The notes beneath the pieces are model-generated. The model did no database searches. It was not told the origin of the DNA and worked only from the letters and a program-made list of their open reading frames with translations. DNA of 64,000 nt from NCBI GenBank assembly GCA_963813155.1, contig CAWEYG010000002.1:416001-480000 (forward strand), read 5' to 3'. The translations under genes were made by a program, and so were the position numbers. Position 1 is the stretch's first letter. Every line of letters starts with the position of its first letter. The stretch is from an uncultured Acidobacteriota bacterium (GTDB lineage: Bacteria; Acidobacteriota; Thermoanaerobaculia; UBA5066; DATFVB01). Below are positions 21,232 through 32,163 of this stretch, one piece after another.

Positions 21232-24007
21232 ATGGCGGATCCGTCCCCGAAGTCTCGAAGCACTGTCCTCCAACCCTGGCAACGCCGGATCTACCAGATC
21301 CTTCTCGTGCCTCTCGGGTTGATCGCCGCCGATTCCATCTACCTCGTTTCGTTCACGAAGTACTCGTCGTTTTTCATGGCGATGTTGCTGCTGCACCTCG
21401 TGCTCGGGCTCCTGCTCTCCATACCCTTCTTCGTCTTCGCTTTCACGCACGCGCGGAAGATGATCCGAACGCGAAACGTTCGCGGCGAGAGCACGGCCGG
21501 CCTCGCGATGGCGCGTCCCTCCGCGATCATTGTCACCGTGACAGGCCTTCTCATGACCTTCAAGGGCGCGACGATCAAGAACCGGCCGATTCTATTTTGC
21601 GCACGTGTTCGCGACTCCGCTTGCGCTCATCGCCTTCGTCCTTCACCGCCGGGCGCACTCGCACCAAATGGCGTTCAAGAAGCTCTTTGCCTGGGGCGGA
21701 GGGGTGGCGGGGTTCCTCGCGGTCATGGCGCTGCTCCACCTGACCGAAAAGCCGCCGCGGCGGGTCGTCAACCGGAACGGCGACACGCAGTTCTTCCTGT
21801 CGTCGGCCGAGACGTTCGACCAGGGACTGCTCGATCCCGCGAAGCTCTCCGCGAACGGCTACTGCCAGGAGTGCCACCCGCACGAGCTACGCGCGCTGGC
21901 CGAAATCGGCCCACCTCTTCAGCTCGTTCAACAACCCCTTCTACCGGCGCTCGGTCGAGCTGATGGCCGACAAGGTCGGCCGCGAGAAGACGAAGTGGTG
22001 CGCGGGCTGCCACGACCCCGTCGTTCTCTTCTCGGGCAAGATGGGCAAGGCGACGCTGCAGAAATTCACCTACGACGACTTCGAAGCCCAGCAGGGGCTG
22101 ACGTGCATGTCGTGCCACTCGATCGCGCAGGTAAAGGACGTCGGGCAACGGCTCCTACGTCATCGAGGATCGAAGCAGTATCCGTTCGCCTTCGCGTCGA
22201 ACCGGTACCTCCACGAGGTCAACAAGCTCCTCATCCGGATGGAGCCGTCGCTCCACCGTCAGACGTTCATCAAGCCCGTCATGCGGCAGCCGGAGTTCTG
22301 CTCGACGTGCCACAAGGTCGCGCTCTTCCGCCCATGAACGACTACAACTGGCTGCGCGGCCAGGACCACTACGACTCCTGGTAGGACTCCGGCGTCTCGG
22401 GCTTCGCGGTGCGGTCCTTCTACGACCCGCCCGCGCCGAAGGCGTGCCGCGACTGCCACCTGCCGCCCTTTCCGTCCGACGAGTTCGGGAACCGCGGCGG
22501 CTTCGTCCACGACCATGCCTTCCCGGCCGCGAACACCGCCCTGCCCGCCGGCGCGGGGACGCGAGACGGCGAATCCCCCGAGAAGTTCCTGAAGGGGTCG
22601 CTCACGGCCGACCTCTTCGCGATCCGGCGCGGCGGCCAGGTGATGCCGATCGGACCGGAATCCGGCGCTCGTCCCGGCGAGACGGTCGGCGTCGAGGTCG
22701 TCGTGCGCACGCGGAAGCTCGGCCACCAGTACACGAACGGCACGGCGGACTCCAACGAGACGTGGGTCGCGTTCTCCGCTGACAACGGCGAAAGACTCGT
22801 CGACAGCGGAACGCTCGCCTCCGACGGTCGTCTCGACCGGCGGCCGACCGCCTTCGCAGCTCGTCCTCGACCACACCGGCCAGCCGATGGACCGCCGCCA
22901 GCCGCCCGAGATCCACACGGGCCTCTACAACAACGGGATCGGGCCGGGCGCCGGGGCTCGCGCGTGCGCTACGCGCTTCGGGTGCCGCGCGAGGCGCGCA
23001 GGGGCCGTGACGCTGTCGGCGGCCGTCGAACTACCGCAAGTTCTCGCGCGATTACTCGATCTTCGACGGGCGGCTCGAATGCGCCCGAGCCTTCCCGTCA
23101 CGGAGATCTCGCGAGACTCGGTGACGCTGCGGTTCAAGTTCGAGGGACTCCGGCACGGGTGTCGGCCTTCGAGATCCCGAGGGAAAGCGAACTGCGGCCA
23201 GGGTCGCGAAGGCTCGACACGCGGGGCGGAGTCCCGACCGGAAACTCGGACAAGGCGTGGCTCCGCTGGAACGACTACGGCATCGGCCTGTTCCTGCAGG
23301 GCGACCTGAAAGGCGCCGAGGCCGCCTGGGCGCAGGCGCGAGCTCCTCGCTCCGACAAGCCGGACGGACCGCTCAACCGCGCCCGCGCCCTGATCCAGGA
23401 AGGCAATCTGGCCGACGCGGAGACGGCGCTGAACGAGGCGGAGCGGCGGCGGCCCGGCTGGCCGAAGACGGCGTTCTTCCGCGCGACTCTCGAGAAAGAG
23501 CAGGGCCAGCTCGATGCTGCGCTGAAGGACATGAACCTCGTCGCCGCGAAGTTTCCGAAGGACCGCGTCTGCTGGAACCAGATCGCGCGGATCCTGTTCC
23601 TCCAGGGCAGGTACGACGACGCGCTGCGCGCGATCGAAAGCGTCTACGCGATCGACCCGGAGGACCTCTCGGCCCACTACAACGCGATGCTCTGCTTCAA
23701 GGCGCTGGGCCGAAAGCCGGAAGGGCTCGTCGAAGAGCGCTGGTACAAGTACCACAAGGACGACGAGACGGCGGGCGCGCTGATGGCCCAATTCCGCCGC
23801 GACCATCCGTTCGCGAATCGCGAGTCGCTGCCGATCCACGTCCACGACGACGCCGCGCCCGTCGCTCCGCCTCCCCCGCCGTGGATCTCGCAGATCGGGC
23901 CGAAGGGGTACGCGTACAAGGGGTACGCGCCGCAAGGCGAGAAAGTCCTCCACGACGACCGCCCGCCCATGGTCATGCCGCCGCTCGTGCCCGCGAAGTC
24001 GAAGTAA
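21232..24007 (+). CDS. Membrane-anchored multiheme cytochrome c + TPR protein (frameshifted; in-frame TAG at 22382)
   Basis: N-terminal TM helices; CQECH (21863), CAGCH (21999), CMSCH (22104), CSTCH (22299), CRDCH (22445); RWNDYGIGL followed by TPR-like helices. Confidence 0.85.
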
Positions 24008-24031
24008 GAACGCTGCTGTAAACTCCCCGCG

Positions 24032-25749
24032 ATGAAAAAGCTCGGCCGTCGCTGTCCTGTGCTTCGCGTCATTCGCCTGCCGGAAGAAGGAAGCACCGGT
24101 CGCCGCGAAAATCCAGCCCGTCGTCGAGGCGAAGGCGCCCGCCGTCCGCTTCCAGGAAATCACGAAAGAATGCGGCATCGCGTTCGTCCAGGTGAGCGGC
24201 GCGGCGGGGAAGAAATGGATGCCGGAGACGATGGGAGGCGGCGTCGCGATTTTCGACTACGACAACGACGGACGCAACGACATCCTCCTCGTCTCGTCCT
24301 CGTACTGGCCGGGCGATCCCCGGGCCGCGAGCCAGAAGAGCTCCCTCGCGCTCTACCACAACGAAGGAAACGGGCCGGACGGCGTTCCGAAATTCCGCGA
24401 CGCGACGAGAGAGGCCGGCCTCGAGCGGGTCCTGTACGGCATGGGCGCGGCGATCGGAGATTTCGACAATGACGGGTGGCCCGATCTCTACGTCACGGGG
24501 CTCGGCGAGCAGGGAGGCAACCGCCTCTTCCGCAACGACCGCGGAAAATTCGTCGACGTGACGAACGCGTCCGGCGCGGGCGACCCCGGCTGGGGAACGT
24601 CCGCCGCGTTCTTCGACTACGACGGCGACGGCCGCCTCGACCTGTTCCTCGCCCGGTACGTGGAGTGGAGCCCCGCGAAAGACATCTATTGCTCGCTCGA
24701 CGGGGCGCGAAAGTCGTACTGCACGCCCGAGCGATACGACGGAACGTCCTCGAGGCTGTTCCACAACGAGGGCAACGGCCGGTTCCGGGACGTCACGGCG
24801 GCCGCAGGCGTCGGGACGAAAAACGCGAAGGCGCTCGGCGTCGCGCCGTACGATTTCAACGGCGACGGAAAGATCGATTTCGCGGTCGCAAACGACACCG
24901 CGCCGAACAACCTCTACCGCAACAACGGCGACGGCACGTTCACGGACGTGGCCGTCGAAGCGGGCGTCGCGGTCAACGAAGCGGGCCGGTCGCGCGGAGC
25001 GATGGGAGCCGACTGGTCCGACGCGAAGACCGGGGCGCAGCGCTCGCGATCGGAAACTTTTCCAACGAGATGAAGTCGTTCTACTGGACCGACACCGGGG
25101 ACGTGTTCCTCGATCTCTCCGCTTCCTCCGGGATCGGGCGCGACTCGCTGCTCGCTCTCACGTTCGGCGTCTTCTTCTTCGACTACGACCTCGACGGACG
25201 ATCCGACCTGTTCTTCTCGAACGGGCACGTCGAAAACTCGATCCAGGACGTGCAGAAGGCCGTGTCGTACCGGGAATCGCCGACGCTCTACTGGAACGCG
25301 GGCGACGGACGGATGTCCGACGCGACGCGGGAGGCCGGGCTCGCGATCCCGATGGTCGGCCGCGGCGCGGCTTTCGGGGACCTGGACGGCGACGGAGACC
25401 TCGACGTCGTGACGGTCGAGAACGGAGGCCCGGCGCACGTCTTCCTGAACCGGCTGGACAAACCGTCCCGGAGCCTTCGCCTGCTGCTCGAAGGGAGCGG
25501 CAAGTCCAACCGCGACGCGATCGGGGCGAAGGTCACGGCGCTCGTAGGCGGAAAGCCCCAGATCCGGATCGTTTCCACGGCGAAGTCGTACGCCTCGGCC
25601 TCGGAAAAGGCGATCACGCTCGGCCTCGGCGACTCGAAGGAGGCCGATTCGGTCAAGGTCACGTGGCCCGACGGCACGACGGCCGAAGCGCTCCACGTCG
25701 GGCCCGGGAACTACCGGTGGGTCGAGGGCGGCCGCCGGAAAAGAAGTGA
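24032..25749 (+). CDS. CRTAC1-like FG-GAP/ASPIC-UnbV protein (probable lipoprotein), frameshifted
   Basis: PETMGGGVAIFDYDNDG, multiple DxDGDG, GRGAAFGDLDGDGDLD, NRDAIGAKV, VTWPDG. Confidence 0.85.
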
Positions 25750-25783
25750 GCGGACCGAGTTATGGCTGTGTTATTATGGCGCG

Positions 25784-26021
25784 ATGAAGAGGACGACGGT
25801 CATGCTGCCGTCCGAGCTCCACGAGAAGGCGGCTCGCTACGCAGCGAGACGCCGCGTCTCGTTGGGGCAGCTCGTTCGGAACTCGCTCCGAGACAGCGAT
25901 GGAGGAACCTCCGAGGAGTCCCCCCACCGGGACCCGCTGTGGGCGGACGACGAGGTGTATCGGGGAAAGACGCCACGAGACCTGGCTCGGAAACCATGAC
26001 CGGTATCTCGAGTCCGATTGA
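25784..26021 (+). CDS. Ribbon-helix-helix antitoxin (VapB-like), frameshifted
   Basis: MKRTTVMLPSELHEKAARYAARRRVSLGQLVR; lies directly upstream of a PIN toxin. Confidence 0.75.
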
Positions 26022-26421
26022 TCTTCGTCGACACGGGCGCCTTTCTCGCGCGATACCTCTCAGGGGATTCGCTGCACGGCCGCGCAACTCGCGCCTGGAA
26101 AGATCTCGAAAGACGAAAACGCGGCAATCTGCACGAGCCACTTCGTGCTCGACGAAACCCTGACCCTGCTGGCCCGGCGCGCCGACTATCGGTTTGCCGC
26201 GGAGCGTGGTCGTCGTATCTACGCTTCTGGAGGCGCTGAGAATCCTGCGCGCGGACGAACGAGCGAGAAACAGGCTCTCGGATATTTCGAGAAATTCGCG
26301 GACCAGAACGTGAGCTTCACCGACTGCGTGAGCTTCGCGCTCATGATGCAGCACAGAGATCGAACGCGTGTTCACGTTCGATCGTCACTTCGCTCTAGCG
26401 GGATTCGACGTCCGGCCGTAG
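26018..26421 (+). CDS. PIN-domain toxin (VapC-like), frameshifted
   Basis: IFVDTGAF, VLDETLTLL, SFTDCVSFALM, FTFDRHF...GF across frames. Confidence 0.85.
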
Positions 26422-26460
26422 TCGACACTTCGGTGGCAGAGCAAGGGGGTGGGCGATTAC

Positions 26461-28118
26461 ATGGTGATTGATCTAGTCTCACCTGAAGCTCGCCGAATTG
26501 AATCTGGAAATCGACGACGCGCACAAATCCTCGCTGGTGCTCACGCTCCCGCGTCCGGAGGCGTGTTGGTGGATCTTGACCGCATCAGAGCTCCTGGCAA
26601 TAAATCATTTTCGTGCTGGCCCACAGCGTTCTGCAATCGCATCAGGAGGCATCCTCGTTTACGTACTACGGATACTTTTTCTCTGGGCAAACGGTCTCCG
26701 TAACACACGTCAACAACTACCCCCACAATGGCAGCCCGATCACTTTGAAGCGGCGAGGGATCTAATTTCCGCCGCAGATGCTTACGGCGACGCAGAAGTC
26801 GTCTTCTCTCTCGCATCGAACGGAATGATCGGATTAAACGTCGAGAATGGAGTCCTCATTCCCCGCATGAGTCCTGAGGTTGATCAGCGCTACGAAGCCT
26901 ATTGTCGTCTTCATCGGTCTCGACCTGAGCGCAGGCAACCCGAGCCAGAACGTCCTGAGCGATTACTCGGCAATTCAAGCGAAGGTAAAGGAGAAACTTT
27001 CTATCATCGACGGCTGTTGGACTCTCCCACTCAACCCTCAGCTGGTTGCCGATGCAAGTGCTCTGGCATCACGTCTCGACACGGCGATGTTCCAGTAACC
27101 TCCAACGTGGCAACTCCATAGCTTTACTTTGGGAGACTACCGCCAATGCGCCATCGCACTGCAAGCAATGGCATTCCTCCGCCGATCCGTGTCGCTCATG
27201 GCCGTGACCTCTGGTGCGGACTGGCGTTTGGTAGGCGGCCTTCTGCAACTGACTTCCCGGGATGAACTGGTACAGCGCCTTCGCCGCTATACGGATCTGG
27301 CGGTTGAAACAGTGACGGCCATCGTCGACTACATGACCCTCGGCTCAGGTGACCTCGGGCCGGGTGCAAGCGACCCGGCACTTCAACCTCTTGATCCCAC
27401 TGGGCGATTCGAATCTAGCCATCTCTCCCTATCTGTTTATCGGGGTCTGACCTCGAGCGAAACCTATTGACATTGGCGAACAAGATTCCCGCCGACCGCG
27501 CGATCTATCAGAGTCTGTCGAACGAGAAACAAGCACTTAATGAATGAACAGTTTCGCTCCTCGGTTAAGGGCTTCGAGTTTTGGTCAGGGTCAATTCCCG
27601 GCCGCAAGGATCTTCCCGACGTAGATCTAGCGATCATTGATCGTCCAACAAAGAGTGTAATTCTTGCTGAGCATGAAATGGTTCTTGCCACCGGCGGAGA
27701 CGCGAGAGGGTCGGGAGAAGACCGCCGAACTGAGGAAGGGAACCGACCAACTCAAGGAAGTTGATCGCACACTCAAGCGCTGGTGAAAGATGACTCGTAG
27801 GAGTTGGGTCTGATTACGAACTGCACCCGGTCGTTGTCTCCAAGAATTGGATCGGTCACTGGGAGGCGCAGGACAACGAAATCCCGATTGTTGCAAATGG
27901 AACACCTGATCCATGAGATCAATGCAACGCACGACGCTGCACGGGTCGGTCTATGGCTCAAGGAGCGAAAGTACCTGCCGGTCGAGGGAACTGACTTCGA
28001 AATAATTTGGCGAAATCGTGACATCTTCGGCCGACACCTCCGGTGGTACGGCCTTCGCCTCCTGAGCAGCCTTAAGACGCACGCTCCTCGAGACTTCAGG
28101 GGAGTTCAAGGAGTTTAG
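26461..28118 (+). CDS. AT-richer hypothetical gene (fragmented) with C-terminal PD-(D/E)XK nuclease-like motif
   Basis: Consecutive same-strand ORF fragments; LPDVDLAIID...ILAE-(M)KW near 27610-27685; visibly lower GC than the flanks. Confidence 0.5.
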
Positions 28119-28124
28119 GTGGCC

Positions 28125-28574
28125 TCAGCACAGGAACCTCCCGATCGGCAGCATTTCCTTGACGCCGCTCGATCCGAGGATGAGGGGCAGGTCCGCGAGG
28201 TGCGACACCGCGATTCCGCCGAGCTTCCAGGCAAAGCCCGGCAAGCGAGAGGTCCTGTCCGGCCGGTGCGGACCGACGAGCAGCGAACCGAAGCCCGGCT
28301 GAAGCACGGCCGCGAGGATCGACCATTCGACAAGGCGCAGCGGCGCGTAGATTTCCCAGTAGAGCGAGACGGGCTGGTCGGCGGGCAGGCGAAGAACCGA
28401 GACGGAGAGGAAGACCGTCAGGCCGAGGACGCCGCCAAGAACGAGACGGAGCAGGCCCAGGCGCAACCCGCTCGGCCACGGAGACGCGCCGGGAGCGCGG
28501 AAGAGCCGGACGCCAAGCGTGCACCAGAGCGCGTAGGCCGTGTACTTCCCGGCGACGTACGCGAGGCCCGCCAA
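28125..28574 (-). CDS. Small integral membrane protein
   Basis: Several hydrophobic segments at the end of ORF 28125..30998; TTG preceded by GGAAGG; fused in the ORF track only through an upstream frameshift. Confidence 0.6.
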   Translation of the reverse strand: MAGLAYVAGKYTAYALWCTLGVRLFRAPGASPWPSGLRLGLLRLVLGGVLGLTVFLSVSVLRLPADQPVSLYWEIYAPLRLVEWSILAAVLQPGFGSLLVGPHRPDRTSRLPGFAWKLGGIAVSHLADLPLILGSSGVKEMLPIGRFLC

Positions 28575-28585
28575 CCTTCCGTCGA

Positions 28586-30347
28586 TCAGCGGCGCTTCCG
28601 CAGCGGCTCGAGCGAGCCGCCCCGCCGCAGCTTCCACGCGCCCGCCTTCACGTCTCCCAGGTCCTGAACCGTGCCGTCCGGCCAGTTGACCGACGCGCGA
28701 GCGGACGCTCGCCGTACCGATGCCGAAGTGGAGCGGAAGCCACGACCCGGACGCGTAAGAAGGTTGGACGAAGAACTCCTTGACGTGTCTCCCGACCGTC
28801 ACGACCGCGCCGAGCACGGTCTTCCGGTCGGCGCCCGCGACGGGGAGGATCTCGATCGCGTTTCCGGCCGGAGTCTCGTTGCGGAGGACGACCGCGGGAT
28901 GGGCGATCGGGTTGTACGCGAGGTCGAGCCGGCCGTCGCCGTCGAAGTCCGCGGCCGCGAGCCCGCGCCCGACGAGGCAGAGCCGGCCCAGGTCTCCCGA
29001 GACCGCCGAGACGTCGTCGAACTTCATCTCCCCGGGCCGCGAGACGTTGCGAAACAGGAATTGTCTCTGCGCGTAGCTCTTCTCGCCGATCCCGAATTTT
29101 CGCGCCTGCGGGTTGACCCAGCTCCCGATCACCGTCCAGAACCGGGAGAGGATCTGGCCGCTCGTCACGGCGAGGTCGTCGCGGCCGTCGTTGTCGTAGT
29201 CGAGCGCGACGGCGCCCCACTTCGACAGGGGCAGCGTGGGATCGCGGTCGCCGCCGAAGGCGGTGCGGTCGTCCTCCTCGAACAGCTGCCCCTCGACGTT
29301 CCGGTAGAGCGTGTTCGGCTCGGCCGCGTAGTTGGAAATGTAGAGATCCGTCCGCCCGTCGCCGTCGAGGTCGTCCGCGACGAGCCCCATGCCGGAGCGC
29401 GTCCGACGGCCGAAGGCGGTCGGCCCTTCCGGCGGGTACCCGGTGCCCGTTTCCTCCGAGACGTCGCGGAATTTCCCGCCCCCCTCGTTGTGGAACAGCG
29501 TGTTTCTCCACTGGTCGTTCGCGACATAGAGGTCGGTCCGGCCGTCGCCGTCGTAGTCGATCGCGACGGCGCCGATCGTCTTGGAGCCCGGGTCGGCCGT
29601 TCCGGACGCCTTTGTGACGTCCTCGAAACGCAGATCGCCCCTGCCCCGGTACAGCGCGTTGTCCTGCCCCGGGTATTCGTCGGGCGTTTTCACGCCGAAC
29701 CCCGCCGACGATTCCCGGACCGGGTCGGTGTCGAGATAGTTCCCCACGTACACGTCGGGAATTCCGTCGCCGTCGAAATCGCCCGCCGCGAGGCCAATCG
29801 TCATCTTTCCGTTCTCGAGCCCCGACCGGGGAACGAGGACGAACGTCCCGTCCCCGCGGTTTCGCCAGAGCGTGTTTCCTCCAACGTTTCCGACGACGAG
29901 ATCGGGATATCCGTCGGAATCGAGGTCGGCCCACATCGCGGAAATCCCCCAGCCGCAAGCGCGGATTCCCGACTTCTCCGTCACGTCCTCGAAGGTCCCG
30001 TTTCCCCGGTTTCGATAGAGTCGGCCGCAGGTCGCGAGATCTTCCGCTCCCGCACGCGCGCCTGCCTTCGAATGCGGGATCTGGTTGACGAAGAAGAGGT
30101 CGATCCAGCCGTCGCCGTCGAAATCCGCCGCCGCGACCCCGCCTCCCATCGTCGGGATCAGCTTCGCGTCGACGAAGTCCCCCTTGAACCGGAATGCGAC
30201 GCCGGAGGCCGCCGTCACGTCGCGAAAGAGCGCGCCGGTCACGTTTCGGCGCCGCGAGTCCTCCTCCCGGAACAGCACGATTCCGACGACGGCGCACACG
30301 GCCGCCAGGATGAAGAGCGCGAACGCGAGCCGGGCCAGCATCTTCAT
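28586..30347 (-). CDS. CRTAC1-like FG-GAP/ASPIC-UnbV protein with N-terminal membrane anchor
   Basis: PTMGGGVAAADFDGDG, many DxDGDG, PSYASGSWLPLHFGIG; frameshift near 28700. Confidence 0.88.
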
Positions 30348-32086
30348 CGGCGGAAGGCTCGAACTTCCGCGAGCTTTTCGCCGCGAAGGCGGTAGAGGCG
30401 GTCGGCCGCAACGTCGCGCAGGACGACCGAAGCCGCCGTTTTTCCGGGAGGGAGGACTTCGACGGAGTCCGCCTTCGCAGCGTCTCCCAGGCCGAAATGG
30501 AGCGGAATCCACGAACCGGACGCGTACGACGGGACGACGATGAACTCCTGTGTCTGCGTTCTTCCTCCCGCCGTCACCCTCACTTTCGTGCCGAGGCAGG
30601 TGTGGCGGTCGGCCGCGGCGACCGGCAGGATTTCGATCGCGTGGCCCTGCGAAGCGGCCGTGTTGCGAAGGAGCCGGGACCCGCCCGAGATCGCCGCGAC
30701 CGCGATATCGACCCTTCCGTCGCCGTCGAAGTCGGCGGCCGCCGATCCCCGCGCGCACACCCTGAGCTTGCCCAGGTCGCCCGATGTCGCGGCCGCGTCC
30801 TCGAACACCCCGTTCCCCCCGTTCCTCCAGAGACAGATCGGCTGGCGATAGGCCCGGTTTCCCTCCCAGATGTGCTCTTTCATTCCGTAGCCGAGCAGTT
30901 TCGAAACTACCGCCAGGATTCGCCGGCCGATGTGGCCCGACACGGCATAGAGGTCCGGATAGCCGTCGTCGTCGAAATCCACAAAGCCGGTGCCCCACTG
31001 AACGAAAGGACGCGAGGCGGCGCCGGAGTTCGTTTCGTCGGTCGCGTCGTCGAACAACTGTCCCTCGACGTTTCGGTAGAGAGTGTTCGTCTCGCCCGAG
31101 AAGTTCGTTACGTAAAGGCTCGGATGGCCCGAAAGGAATGGATCGCCCACGGCGATTCCCATGCCCGCCCTCGCCCGGCTCTCCCGCGCGCCCGCGCCTG
31201 TCTGCTCCGTCACGTCCTCGAATCTTCCGCCGCCCAGGTTCCGGTAAAGACGGTTCGTCGCGAGATCATTCGCGACGAAAAGGTCCTGCTTCCCGTCGCC
31301 GTCATAGTCGAAGAAGACGGCGCCCGTCCCCTTGCCGTGGGCGTTCGAGACCCCGGAGGCCGCGGTTGTCTCTTCGAAGGAGCCGTCGCTCTTTTGATGG
31401 AAGAGACGCGCGTCCTCGCCCGCGTAATCCTCCGGCATCCGAACTTGAAACAGGGGGAACGAGAGCTCGTGCGCGAGCGACGTTTCGAGATATCCGACGA
31501 AATAGAGGTCCACGCGCCCGTCGCCGTCGGCGTCCCCCGCGGCCACGCCGATCGTGAAGTGGTGGCCCAGCACGAGGCCCCATTCCCGGGAGACTTCCCG
31601 AAATGTGCCGTCGCCGCGGTTGTGCCACACGGTCGTCTCGTCGAGCCCCGCGACGATCAGATCCGGGAGGCCGTCCGAATCGATGTCCACCCAGGAAGCC
31701 GACATCTGCCAGCCGCACGCGCGGATCCCCGACCTCGCGGTCGCGTCCTCGAAGGATCCGTCCCCGCGATTGCGGTAGAGCGCGCCGCACGGGCCCTTTT
31801 CCGGCTTGAACGCGTTTCCGGCGGAACCCGTGAAGAACAGGTCGGTCCAGCCGTCTCCGTCGTAGTCCGCCGCGGCGACGCCTCCCCCCATCGTGGAGAT
31901 CATGCGGCCGTGGCGCAGGTCGGTCTTGAACCGAAAGCGGATGCCGGACTCCTTCGTGACGTCCCGAAACGTGAGCGTCGCGGCGAATCCGGGGGCACCG
32001 AGGGCGAGGAGAAACACGACCAAAAGTCGCGAGGGGTGGCGCGGGAGGAGACCCCTTTTGCCGCTCGCGGCGCGGAGTCGTAGCAA
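30344..32086 (-). CDS. CRTAC1-like FG-GAP/ASPIC-UnbV secreted protein (start uncertain, 32086 or 32023)
   Basis: Signal-like LVVFLLALGAPGFA; STMGGGVAAADYDGDG; PSYASGSWIPLHFGLG. Confidence 0.88.
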   Translation of the reverse strand: MLRLRAASGKRGLLPRHPSRLLVVFLLALGAPGFAATLTFRDVTKESGIRFRFKTDLRHGRMISTMGGGVAAADYDGDGWTDLFFTGSAGNAFKPEKGPCGALYRNRGDGSFEDATARSGIRACGWQMSASWVDIDSDGLPDLIVAGLDETTVWHNRGDGTFREVSREWGLVLGHHFTIGVAAGDADGDGRVDLYFVGYLETSLAHELSFPLFQVRMPEDYAGEDARLFHQKSDGSFEETTAASGVSNAHGKGTGAVFFDYDGDGKQDLFVANDLATNRLYRNLGGGRFEDVTEQTGAGARESRARAGMGIAVGDPFLSGHPSLYVTNFSGETNTLYRNVEGQLFDDATDETNSGAASRPFVQWGTGFVDFDDDGYPDLYAVSGHIGRRILAVVSKLLGYGMKEHIWEGNRAYRQPICLWRNGGNGVFEDAAATSGDLGKLRVCARGSAAADFDGDGRVDIAVAAISGGSRLLRNTAASQGHAIEILPVAAADRHTCLGTKVRVTAGGRTQTQEFIVVPSYASGSWIPLHFGLGDAAKADSVEVLPPGKTAASVVLRDVAADRLYRLRGEKLAEVRAFRR

Positions 32087-32163
32087 AGTCCTCCAATCGC
32101 AGCGAGCGGAAAAGCGGGTCGAGTCCCGTGACAGGACCCCGAGCGAGCCAGGCGAGTCGGTGC

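Noticed and set aside
22382-22384. Genome-wide amber recoding or pyrrolysine
   Set aside because: TAG terminates other genes here (ALDH at 11571, permease at 54125, VapC at 26421) and no pyl genes are visible
24476-25999. Apparent UnbV-antitoxin fusion
   Set aside because: An indel near 25735 probably removes the UnbV stop; the antitoxin has its own -10 box and ATG at 25784
13028-28720. Programmed frameshifting or phase variation
   Set aside because: Indels are numerous, occur in unrelated genes and lack consistent slippery sites or repeats; consensus error is simpler
28125-30998. Apparent UnbV-membrane protein fusion (957 aa)
   Set aside because: Frameshift near 28700; the UnbV C-terminus ends at TGA 28586 in another frame
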